Of a stretch of DNA of 64,000 nt, positions 49,684 to 57,537 are shown piece after piece (positions within the stretch are counted from its first letter, which is position 1; every line of letters begins with the position of its first letter). Under the pieces are notes generated by a model. The model worked only from the letters and a program-made list of their open reading frames with translations, made no database searches and had not been told where the DNA came from. A program made the position numbers and the translations under genes. The DNA is from Alphaproteobacteria bacterium (GTDB lineage: Bacteria; Pseudomonadota; Alphaproteobacteria; Bin95), in the NCBI GenBank assembly GCA_963665325.3, contig OZ224045.1, positions 1,600,001-1,664,000 on the forward strand, in the 5' to 3' direction.

Positions 49684-49806
49684 GTGAATCTCGACGTGTT
49701 GATCAGCGGCGCGATCCGGAAATACGGCCACCGGACGGCTGTCTTCGGCGAGCGGCGCAAGGTCCGCTTCGACGAGTTGGGCGAGCGCACGAACCGGTTG
49801 GGCTCC
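49684..49806 (+). pseudogene. N-terminal remnant of an AMP-binding (acyl-CoA ligase-like) gene
   Basis: MNLDVLISGAIRKYGHRTAV...RFDEL.ERTNRL after a GAGG RBS; no continuation. Confidence 0.45.
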
Positions 49807-49885
49807 TCAGCCTCCCGCGAGCATGTGTACGACACCGACAGCCAGTTCGGGGTCCGCTCCGGTAGCGGGCGAAATCGCCCCCCCT

Positions 49886-50140
49886 TCAGCCGCTTTCCTT
49901 CCCTGTTCCGGCGCTGCCCCAGGGATCCGGCGTGCTGTGTTTCGGCACGGGCGGTTTGCGGAAGAACCGCAGGCCGCAGAGTTCGAGATGCTCCAGAATA
50001 CCGCGGGCGAGGGGCCTGAAGCGGTTGTGATCGCCGGGCCTGTACCGCTTCGGCCACAGCTTCTCTTCCTTGCTGAGCGCCATCTCGATATCGAAGAGCA
50101 CTTCGTCGCGCGGCGCCGACAGGCTGTCTTCCTTGTGCAT
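49886..50140 (-). CDS. Small hypothetical protein
   Basis: 84-aa ORF with normal composition and an upstream LexA-like box. Confidence 0.55.
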   Translation of the reverse strand: MHKEDSLSAPRDEVLFDIEMALSKEEKLWPKRYRPGDHNRFRPLARGILEHLELCGLRFFRKPPVPKHSTPDPWGSAGTGKESG

Positions 50141-50161
50141 GGAGGCCTCTCACGAAATATG

Positions 50162-50176
50162 GAACATTTCAGCAAC
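50162..50176 (-). promoter_or_regulatory. Putative alphaproteobacterial LexA (SOS) box
   Basis: GAAC-N7-CAAC, one mismatch to GAAC-N7-GAAC, about 20 nt upstream of the 50140 start. Confidence 0.4.
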
Positions 50177-50550
50177 ATATAGTTTGCCGCCGCGCACCTG
50201 CCAAGCAGGCACTACGTCAGACACGGGCGGGTAGCTGCGAGGCCATTCAACCGGACGGTGCGTTGAGGTCGCCCGGGCGGGGGTCGAATGAGGGCGGCAG
50301 TTTGTCAAGTCGTCGCTCGGGAACCGTGTCCGGAGGCGAGGTCGGAGGTGCTCTTACAGGCCTTCATACGGAACCTCCCCTTCCGACCGGCCGTCGGCTC
50401 ATCGGGTCCTTCATGGCGTCCGGAACACCAAATCTGTACCGGCCGCGTGCTCAGGGTGCAGCGATCCGCCCCGAGGGTGAAAATGCGTGCGGTTGAACAC
50501 ATTGAGGCCGCAACGGCAGCGGGGTTCGAGGGGTATGGCCGTTGCGCAGC

Positions 50551-50832
50551 TCAGTGCATCGAACCACCGAAGCGCTCCGACGGCGTCTCGGCGGCGCCTG
50601 CCGTCCAGTCGAGCAGGCGGCGCAGTGCGGCGAGATCGGCGTGGTGCAGGAAGACCGCCACGCGTGGCGACGCCCGGTTCTCACCGGCTGCACGGCGCGC
50701 CTCGGCAAAGGTGATCTTCGCGCCGCCGGCCATGGGCGAAACGAAGACCTTGTTCGCGAAGATCGCCGGCGTCTCACCGATCGCGGTTTCTTCCTCCGCG
50801 GACGCCGACTGCGGCGCGTCCCGTTCGTCCAT
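50551..50832 (-). CDS. Small hypothetical protein
   Basis: GGAGG RBS; PAIFANKVFV...KITFAE; directly downstream of the cold-shock gene. Confidence 0.6.
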   Translation of the reverse strand: MDERDAPQSASAEEETAIGETPAIFANKVFVSPMAGGAKITFAEARRAAGENRASPRVAVFLHHADLAALRRLLDWTAGAAETPSERFGGSMH

Positions 50833-50873
50833 GCTTTCCTCCGATGCGGCTGTCCGCTGTGATGCCGGCCCGT

Positions 50874-51437
50874 TCAGAGCGGCTCTATTTCCCTTGCCTG
50901 GAGCCCGCGCGGCACGCTTTCGGCTCGGACGAAGACGCGTTGTCCCGGCAGCAGATCGGTCATGCCCGAGCGAAACAGGACGCTGGAATGAACGAACACC
51001 TCGGGGCCGCCATCGTCCGGCACGACAAAGCCGAACCCTCTCGCCGGATCGTAGAACTTGACCGAGCCTGGCGCCTCCACGTCTGCCCGCGGCGGATCAT
51101 CAACCAGCGGGCCCGGGTGCCGGGCTTCGAACGAGCGGTTGCCGACCGCCGGGCCCCCAAATCGGAGTCCGGTGCGAGCGGACCCGGCCGCCGGCGGGTC
51201 AACCGAGAGGATCCTCGACGCCTGGGGTCCCCTGTCGCCCGGTGCGATCTCGCAGGTTACCGCCGCGCCCTGGGGCTGCGTGTCATATCCCGATGCCTGT
51301 ACGGCAGTCAGGTGGCAGAACAGGTCGGCAGAGCCGTCCTCGGGTTCCAGGAAGCCGTAACCCTTTGCCGGATCGTACAATTTGACCGTCGCCGAAATGT
51401 GCGTGCCGGTGCCGGATTCTGAAAACCGGTTCGTCAT
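50874..51437 (-). CDS. Tandem cold-shock domain protein
   Basis: Two CSDs: VKLYDPAKGYGFL...LFCH and VKFYDPARGFGFV...VFVH. Confidence 0.92.
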   Translation of the reverse strand: MTNRFSESGTGTHISATVKLYDPAKGYGFLEPEDGSADLFCHLTAVQASGYDTQPQGAAVTCEIAPGDRGPQASRILSVDPPAAGSARTGLRFGGPAVGNRSFEARHPGPLVDDPPRADVEAPGSVKFYDPARGFGFVVPDDGGPEVFVHSSVLFRSGMTDLLPGQRVFVRAESVPRGLQAREIEPL

Positions 51438-51581
51438 CCCGAATAACTTTCCCTCATACGGTTATGTTCGTATGGATTGCCTCTTCTACCGTCCATCCCG
51501 TGGGCGGTGAAGGTCCCCGGGCAAGCGCCGGTGGACGGGGTTCATCGATACTCGAGACCGGTTGTCCAGACGGCGAGGGAG

Positions 51582-52475
51582 ATGACGATGCGTGTTGCCG
51601 GGTATTGGTCGCTGGCATTTCTGATGCTGTTGCTGGCGCCGGCGGCAGCGGTCGCCGGCGACCTGCACATTGCGGCCTGGAACCTGGAGCATCTGGACGA
51701 TACCGACGGCGAAGGGTGTGTCGGGCGCAGCAGCACCGACTACGCCGCGCTCGCAAGACAGATTGAGGAACTGGGCGCCGATATCGTCGCTTTCCAGGAG
51801 GTGGAGGACGAGGCGGCCGCGCGCCGCGTGTTCCCGGCCTCTGAATGGCACATCGAGATGTCCGGGCGCCCGCCGATGGAGCCCAGCCGGGCCTGCTGGG
51901 GCAAGCCTGAGGCGCGTCTCGGGCATCTGGCGACGGGGTTCGCGATCCGGAAGGGCATTCGTTATCGGCGCAACGCCGATCTGAAGGTGCTGGGAGGCGA
52001 GGACGCTTTCCAGCGCTGGGGTGTCGACATCGCAGCGGGCGCCGGTGGGGAGGAGCTGCGCCTGCTGTCCGTGCATCTCAAGACCGGCTGTTGGGGCAGG
52101 AAACAGGACCGGGACAACAGAAGCAGGAAAGCCTGCGCGACGCTCCGGGGCCAGATCGAGAGCCTCAGGGCCTGGGTCGACGCCCGCCGGGCCGAGGAGG
52201 CAGCTTTCGTCATCCTGGGCGACTTCAACCGCCGTCTGGCATTGCCGGAGGACTGGGCCTGGCGTCTGTTGTCTCCGCCATCGGCGCCGCTTCTGCTGCT
52301 GACCGAAGGTGTGCCGTTCCGTTGCGACCCACGTTTCCCGGCCTTCATCGACCACATTGTGGAAGGCGGCGGTGCGGAGGCGATGCGGGTGGCGGGCTCG
52401 TTCCGGGAATGGCCGCGCGGGGGGCCGCACCCGGATCACTGCGCCGTGTCTGCGGTCTTCAGGGTAGGACCATAG
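51582..52475 (+). CDS. Exported endonuclease/exonuclease/phosphatase (EEP) family protein
   Basis: Signal peptide, AWNLEH, AFQEV, SVHLK, LGDFNR, IDHI, PDHC. Confidence 0.9.
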   Translation: MTMRVAGYWSLAFLMLLLAPAAAVAGDLHIAAWNLEHLDDTDGEGCVGRSSTDYAALARQIEELGADIVAFQEVEDEAAARRVFPASEWHIEMSGRPPMEPSRACWGKPEARLGHLATGFAIRKGIRYRRNADLKVLGGEDAFQRWGVDIAAGAGGEELRLLSVHLKTGCWGRKQDRDNRSRKACATLRGQIESLRAWVDARRAEEAAFVILGDFNRRLALPEDWAWRLLSPPSAPLLLLTEGVPFRCDPRFPAFIDHIVEGGGAEAMRVAGSFREWPRGGPHPDHCAVSAVFRVGP

Positions 52476-52839
52476 GGCACTGCCGGCGAGTTGCGACAGG
52501 CTGAACTGCTGCCCGACCTGCGGCTTCCTGTGACTGCTGAGAGTGGCGGTCAGCTCTCCAGCGGGAGATGGCTGTCTCCTGTTCCGGCTCCCGGTCGAGC
52601 TCAATCGACACGCGGGGCGCAGACGACCGCACATCCCGGGATGGTTCCGGACGCCTGCGGCGCGGTGCCCGGGGCTCGATACCTGCCCGGCAACTACCGA
52701 GAAGGCAGGCTCCGGGTCCGATGCATCGCTCTTGCGGCCATCGCCCGTTGGCGCTCGCGCCGCATACGGTCTTCAGTTGGCGCTGCCAGCATCTGGAGCC
52801 GGCAAAGCTACTGCCGACGCCAGCGGATACCGAAACGTC

Positions 52840-53230
52840 TCCCTCCAGGCGGATCCGAATTGCGCTTGCGGACGGCTCGCGTGTGACGGTCGACCGGGAC
52901 GTGGACGCGGCGGTGCTGTCGCAGGTGCTCGGGGTTCTGGAGCGGCGATGATCCCGGTTCCGAGCGGGGCGCGGGTCTGGCTCGCAACCGGAGTAGCGGA
53001 GTGGAGCTGGGCAGCCGACTAGGCATGATAATCGCCTCCGGGATGGGCGGCCGGAATCCAAGACTGCTGTGGAGGCGCACGGCGTTGTAATGGCGCCCCT
53101 GACGGTGCATGCTAGACCGCTATAAGCGAGTTGACTCAGGATTAGATTCTTGGGTTTCACGGGTAAGGATTTGTCGGAATCATGAGACGTCGACGACTCG
53201 TAGAGACGCAATCGGCCCGTGAGGGAGTGG
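52840..53230. mobile_element. Mosaic of IS remnants (IS66 tnpA end/tnpB start; IS3-family transposase C-terminus; possible IS5-like left end)
   Basis: RIRIALADGSRVTVDRDVDAAVL..VL* overlapping MIPVPSGARVWLATG (IS66); minus-strand HYNAVRLHSSLGFRPP (IS3); CTAGACCG...MRRRRLVETQ weakly IS5-like. Confidence 0.6.
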
Positions 53231-53367
53231 GCCCCAAATTTCCGACATCGTCATCTGGGAATGCTCTAACGGGCTACGCAAGGTCATGACCGTCCAGATA
53301 ATGAGACAAAGGCAGTGCCTATATTCGTTGATGTAAGTCAAATGGTTGCGAGTCAGAGGTTATACAA

Positions 53368-53802
53368 ATGGTAAACAAATTGTTTAAGTTATTGTCGCAA
53401 GTAAAGTCAGTCACTGGAGATGATTTTTCGGGCTTAGGATTGATCATTTGTGACACACCGGAATTCCTCCCTATTGTGCCAATACGCCCCGTGAGCTCTC
53501 CGCCAAGTAAGTTCAATCTAATTGATTCACTCGTCAGTATCTCGACCTTGGACAGTGAATATCATGATGGCTTCCATATACTATCATCCGACTGGACATT
53601 GAGCCGAATATCTCAATACTTTTTGCCACCGATTGTCAATGGTGTAATTGTTGATCGGAGTAAGACCTTTGGTGGTCGCTATATTGCAGCACTGTTCGGA
53701 TCGGCAATACCAAACGTGCGACTGTCAGGAATAGCAAGTAAAGGGTTCGGAATCGCGATCTTTAAGGACGGCGCAGAAACATATTTCCAGGATGCACTAT
53801 GA
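53368..53802 (+). CDS. Minimal stand-alone DisA_N/DAC (diadenylate cyclase)-like protein
   Basis: G.G.II, YHDGFHI (canonical HDGA), GGRYIAALFGS (canonical GTRHRAA..S), IAS..G I.IFKDG C-terminal DAC pattern; GAGG RBS; AT-rich. Confidence 0.75.
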   Translation: MVNKLFKLLSQVKSVTGDDFSGLGLIICDTPEFLPIVPIRPVSSPPSKFNLIDSLVSISTLDSEYHDGFHILSSDWTLSRISQYFLPPIVNGVIVDRSKTFGGRYIAALFGSAIPNVRLSGIASKGFGIAIFKDGAETYFQDAL

Positions 53803-54401
53803 TTGGACTTGTACCAATAGGCCGATTTATTGCGCTTGTCGCGGTGTTGTATGCTGTATTAATTTCTGGTTTTGTAGCCGCAGCAGTCGAGTTCGGAGAT
53901 GATTCATGGTCGATTTGGATCAATTTCACATATATATTCTCCGGGGCCACATTACTCCAAATTCTGCTCGCGCTGTCGTTTTGTTATGGTTGGAGGCACT
54001 TGTGGCGATGGTTTCCGACTCTAAATCATTTACTATACCCGGACCTGGGCGGAGAGTGGGACATCAGAATTCATTGGCAAAGCTCTACGGACGATGGGAC
54101 TATCGATGCAAGAGCAGTGGTCCGGCAGAATTTCTTGCAAGTAAGTATGGAGGTATTGTCTGAGAATTCTGATTCAAAGACTCTGATCGCACAGCCCAGA
54201 AAAGATCCGGAATCTGGAACCCCATTCTTGTACTATGTATACCAAGTAAATCCAAAATTCATTGGACCAGAACACAACGAACCTTACTTTGGGGCTGCAA
54301 TCTTGAAGTATTCTCAAGTTGAAGAAGGGGGAAATTTGAGTGGAAATTATTGGACAACTAGAGCGACTAGAGGCCACTTTAACCTAAGGCGTCAAACATA
54401 G
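53799..54401 (+). CDS. 2TM plus SMODS-associated beta-barrel membrane effector (Cap15/S-2TMbeta family)
   Basis: Two N-terminal TM helices, W..LW, PDLGGEW, VRQ, SDS, LYYVY, GAAIL, LSGNYWT.R.TRG; ATGA-coupled to the DAC gene. Confidence 0.85.
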   Translation: MIGLVPIGRFIALVAVLYAVLISGFVAAAVEFGDDSWSIWINFTYIFSGATLLQILLALSFCYGWRHLWRWFPTLNHLLYPDLGGEWDIRIHWQSSTDDGTIDARAVVRQNFLQVSMEVLSENSDSKTLIAQPRKDPESGTPFLYYVYQVNPKFIGPEHNEPYFGAAILKYSQVEEGGNLSGNYWTTRATRGHFNLRRQT

Positions 54402-54435
54402 AAATGTTGGACAGGCGGTATTCGCTGACCGCGGC

Positions 54436-55302
54436 TTACCTGCGGAAACGCGGTGTCCAGCGCTCCTCCATATCCTCATCTTCCTCGTCAGGTTCATCGT
54501 CGGCAAATGCGCTCGAAGAAAGTACCGTTAGCGTCTTGCCGTATCGTCCGAGGCCAATCGTCTCCTCGGTGCCCGGCAGGGAACGAGGACCGCCGAACCA
54601 GTCACGAAGATCGACGTCCACATGGCTGCGGTGGGCTCGAAGGATATTTTCGGGATTACGATTGAAGAGAGCGGTCTCAATGCCGGCCGGCAACGGCTGC
54701 CCCTTGCGGAGCCATTCAAGGCCGCTGATGTCCTGAAGGCTCTTGGACATGAAGCAGTAGTCGACCGAATCGCCGGTGCTTACTACGACGGCGACCGGCA
54801 CCGAGGCTGTTTCGGCATATCGGATCGCCGTGGCGGTCAGCGAGGTGCAGCACTCGCGCGCCATGCCTTCGACCGCTTCGAGCCCGTCGCCGAAGCGACG
54901 GACTCTTCGGGAAAAGTGGGGATCGGGCATCAGCAAGCCCGCGGCAAAATGATCGGCTTCCAGTTCGAAGCGATCGCCGGAAACGAAGCCGGCTTCGGAT
55001 GCATGAACTCCATCGCCGGACGGGAAGATGTGATCGACATGGCCGTCCAGCACGTAGTGACCGATCTCGTGGGCAATACTGAACCTCTGAAAGCCTTCAT
55101 TGTCGATGTGGGTGGCGTACATGATCCCGAACATGTCCTGATGGCGGACCAGCATGCCGGAAACACCACCCGCCGTGTCCGGCTTGGGCTCCACGACGAT
55201 GTCGAGGCTCTCGGCGATCATGATCGGATCGACGGGGAGGCTGGCGATGCCCCGGTCGGCGAGGAACTTCTCTGCCTTACGCTTTGCCATTTGGTATCGC
55301 AT
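54436..55302 (-). CDS. ImmA/IrrE-family Zn metallopeptidase (CapP-like)
   Basis: QRFSIAHEIGH (HExxH), E..AD.FAA.LLMP, TSLTA.AIRY. Confidence 0.9.
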   Translation of the reverse strand: MRYQMAKRKAEKFLADRGIASLPVDPIMIAESLDIVVEPKPDTAGGVSGMLVRHQDMFGIMYATHIDNEGFQRFSIAHEIGHYVLDGHVDHIFPSGDGVHASEAGFVSGDRFELEADHFAAGLLMPDPHFSRRVRRFGDGLEAVEGMARECCTSLTATAIRYAETASVPVAVVVSTGDSVDYCFMSKSLQDISGLEWLRKGQPLPAGIETALFNRNPENILRAHRSHVDVDLRDWFGGPRSLPGTEETIGLGRYGKTLTVLSSSAFADDEPDEEDEDMEERWTPRFRR

Positions 55303-55314
55303 AGGCCTGACCGT

Positions 55315-55671
55315 TCACGCACCCTCTCCGCCACGCTTCTTGCGGTCGGAGAGCATCTTCATGAAAGAGTGGGCGAGATCGCGATCCGAGGAAGACAGGT
55401 TCTTGAAGTCCCGGTAGAGCGGATCGGCGTCGGCATAGGCTTCCGGATCGTCAACACGGCCCAGCAAGTAATCGGTCGTCACCTCCAGGGCGTTGGCGAG
55501 TCGGCGCAGGTTCTCGAAGGAAGGCTTACGGGAGCTGGCTTCGAAATGCGAGATCGAGGACGGGGGCAGGCCCGACTTCTCCGCCAAGGCTGACTGGTCC
55601 AATCCCCGCATCTCACGCGCGATCCTCAGCCTTTGAGGGAAGGCATCCGAGGGGATCGGATCCTCGGACAT
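55315..55671 (-). CDS. XRE-family HTH repressor (CapH-like)
   Basis: RL..AR..RGLDQ..LA...GL..SSISHFE...RKPS..NL..LA.AL.VTTDYLLG; divergent from the CD-NTase. Confidence 0.9.
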   Translation of the reverse strand: MSEDPIPSDAFPQRLRIAREMRGLDQSALAEKSGLPPSSISHFEASSRKPSFENLRRLANALEVTTDYLLGRVDDPEAYADADPLYRDFKNLSSSDRDLAHSFMKMLSDRKKRGGEGA

Positions 55672-55737
55672 GTCGATTTCACGATCTGTCACTTGACGTT
55701 CTCGCCATCCAAGTCCATGTATATTCCGACACAGTTT

Positions 55738-55757
55738 GCATGGCGAAGTCGCCATGC
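55738..55757. promoter_or_regulatory. Perfect inverted repeat, candidate operator for the XRE repressor
   Basis: GCATGGCGA-AG-TCGCCATGC; extra half-site TCGCCAT at 55702-55708. Confidence 0.55.
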
Positions 55758-55822
55758 GCAACTCATGGTGCTGCCCGGCGTTTAGGAGCAGGACTGGACC
55801 GGGTGCGGAGAAGGATAGCGGA

Positions 55823-57082
55823 ATGACAAGCAAGAACTATCCACTGCAACAGCCACTAGCCGATCCGGTGGACCTGTTGCTTGCCGACGTAGCGATCAGG
55901 GTGCAGCTGTCCCGGACCAATTACAGCAAGGCAATCGAACGGTACGAGACGATTAATGCCTGGATCGAACGCGACGGAAGTCCGCTGAAGGACCGGATTG
56001 TGCGGTTCTACCCCCAGGGTTCGATGGCGATCGGGGCGACGATCGCTTCGAAGCTGCGGACCGACGAGTTCGATATCGATGTCGTCGCACAGCTTGGTCT
56101 GCCGCTGAGCGTGTTGCCGAAAGACGCCTTGGATCTTTTGTTCCAGGCAATCCGAGGGGAACCGGGGTCGCGCTATTACCGGATGGTGGAACGTCGGACG
56201 CGGTGTGTCACGGTGCACTACGGAAACGATATGCATGTCGACGTGACGCCGGTGCTGCGCATGCTCGGTACGGCGGCGAGGCAAAGCCTGATCTTCCATC
56301 ACAATGAAGAATCGCCGCAGGATCCGGGGGATCGGTTGATCGCGAATCCCTACGGATTTGCTGAGTGGTTCAAGCTGAACACGCCGAACGACCAAGCCTT
56401 CGCCGAAATCTTCGAACAACGGGCTTGGGAGTACGAGGAAGCGTTGCGCATCCTTGCGGAGAAGGCCGAGAGCGAGCCTGTGCCTTCGCAGGAACCGGCG
56501 TTCCGGAAATCCAAGGCGGTCATCGTGCTGCAGCTTCTGAAGCGCTGGCGCAACGTTCAGTATGACGCGCGGTTGGGGCGCAAGCCTCCGTCGATCATGT
56601 TCGCCAAGCTGATCGCGGATGCGGCGAACCATACGGACGGGCTCTCGAAAGAACTGCTCCACCAGGCTCGGCACATGCTGGACGAGTTCCGCCGTTGCCA
56701 GGAGCTGGGGCGCCTCGTCCACATCGCCAACCCCGTTTGCGCCGAAGATGTTCTGACCGACCGGTGGCCAGGTAGCCTGCGTGACCAGGCAATCTTCATT
56801 GGCGACCTCGAGCACTTGGTCCGGCAGATCGAGCGCCTGATCGAGGGGTGCGACTTGGACGAAATGCAGAAAATAATGGCCGAGCTGTTCGGCGAGGCGC
56901 CGACGGGAGAAGCCTTCCGGAGCTTCAACGAGAAGGTCGGCGGCATGGTGCGGGAAGGCCAGAGTCGGCATCGCACCGGCACGGGCGGGCTGGTCTTGCC
57001 GGGTGCTGCTGCGGTCGTCGCGACGCCGTCTTTGGCGACGCCCAGGCACACGTTCTTCGGTGCGGACGACGACGACCGATGA
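55823..57082 (+). CDS. cGAS/DncV-like nucleotidyltransferase (CD-NTase, clade G-like), CBASS cyclase
   Basis: PQGSMAIGATI...EFDIDVV, MHVDVTP, ANPYGFAEWF, QLLKRWRN, PPSI, NPV..ED.L.DRW, C-terminal HTFFG. Confidence 0.92.
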   Translation: MTSKNYPLQQPLADPVDLLLADVAIRVQLSRTNYSKAIERYETINAWIERDGSPLKDRIVRFYPQGSMAIGATIASKLRTDEFDIDVVAQLGLPLSVLPKDALDLLFQAIRGEPGSRYYRMVERRTRCVTVHYGNDMHVDVTPVLRMLGTAARQSLIFHHNEESPQDPGDRLIANPYGFAEWFKLNTPNDQAFAEIFEQRAWEYEEALRILAEKAESEPVPSQEPAFRKSKAVIVLQLLKRWRNVQYDARLGRKPPSIMFAKLIADAANHTDGLSKELLHQARHMLDEFRRCQELGRLVHIANPVCAEDVLTDRWPGSLRDQAIFIGDLEHLVRQIERLIEGCDLDEMQKIMAELFGEAPTGEAFRSFNEKVGGMVREGQSRHRTGTGGLVLPGAAAVVATPSLATPRHTFFGADDDDR

Positions 57083-57537
57083 CCCTGTCGATACGGGCAC
57101 AGATGGACCGGATGGGCCGAGCCTGGCCGGATTTCAGGGTTCTTGGCGCGACGGATTGGTTGGCGACCTGGGAAGGGTCGCTCCGGCCGCTGGCCATGCG
57201 CTACAGGGTGCGCGTATCGATGTGTTTCGGCAGGCAATTGAGCAATGCGGTGATCAGGAGTTATGCGCCCCGGATCACGGTGGTCTCTCCAATCCTGCGC
57301 CGGCGACCGGAACAGCCGGAGCAGCCGATCCCGCACATCTACCCGAACAGGTGTTCTCCCGACCGCCCGATCCTGTGCGTCTACCTTCCTGGGGCGGGGG
57401 AATGGGATTGGCGCGATGCGGTGGCCGACACGACGATCCCTTGGACCATCGACTGGCTGGCCTGTTACGAGGGCTGGCTCGCGACGGGAGAGTGGGCGGG
57501 CGGAGGCGTTCATCCGACAAAGGAGCGGGCGGCGTGA
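57079..57537 (+). CDS. Stand-alone prokaryotic E2 (ubiquitin-conjugating-like) CBASS accessory protein
   Basis: W.G.L.P...YRVRV, P.I.V.SP, PHIY, LCVY (catalytic Cys), EW, TIPW..DWL..YE.WL.TG.W.GGG.H; ATGA overlap. Confidence 0.82.
   Translation: MTLSIRAQMDRMGRAWPDFRVLGATDWLATWEGSLRPLAMRYRVRVSMCFGRQLSNAVIRSYAPRITVVSPILRRRPEQPEQPIPHIYPNRCSPDRPILCVYLPGAGEWDWRDAVADTTIPWTIDWLACYEGWLATGEWAGGGVHPTKERAA

Noticed and set aside
51582-52475. EEP nuclease/phosphatase as part of the DAC signalling system
   Set aside because: It has a signal peptide and host-like GC and is separated from the module by about 900 bp containing IS debris.
55693-55725. TTGACG...TATATT as the sigma-70 promoter of CBASS
   Set aside because: The spacing is 21 bp, too long to call confidently.
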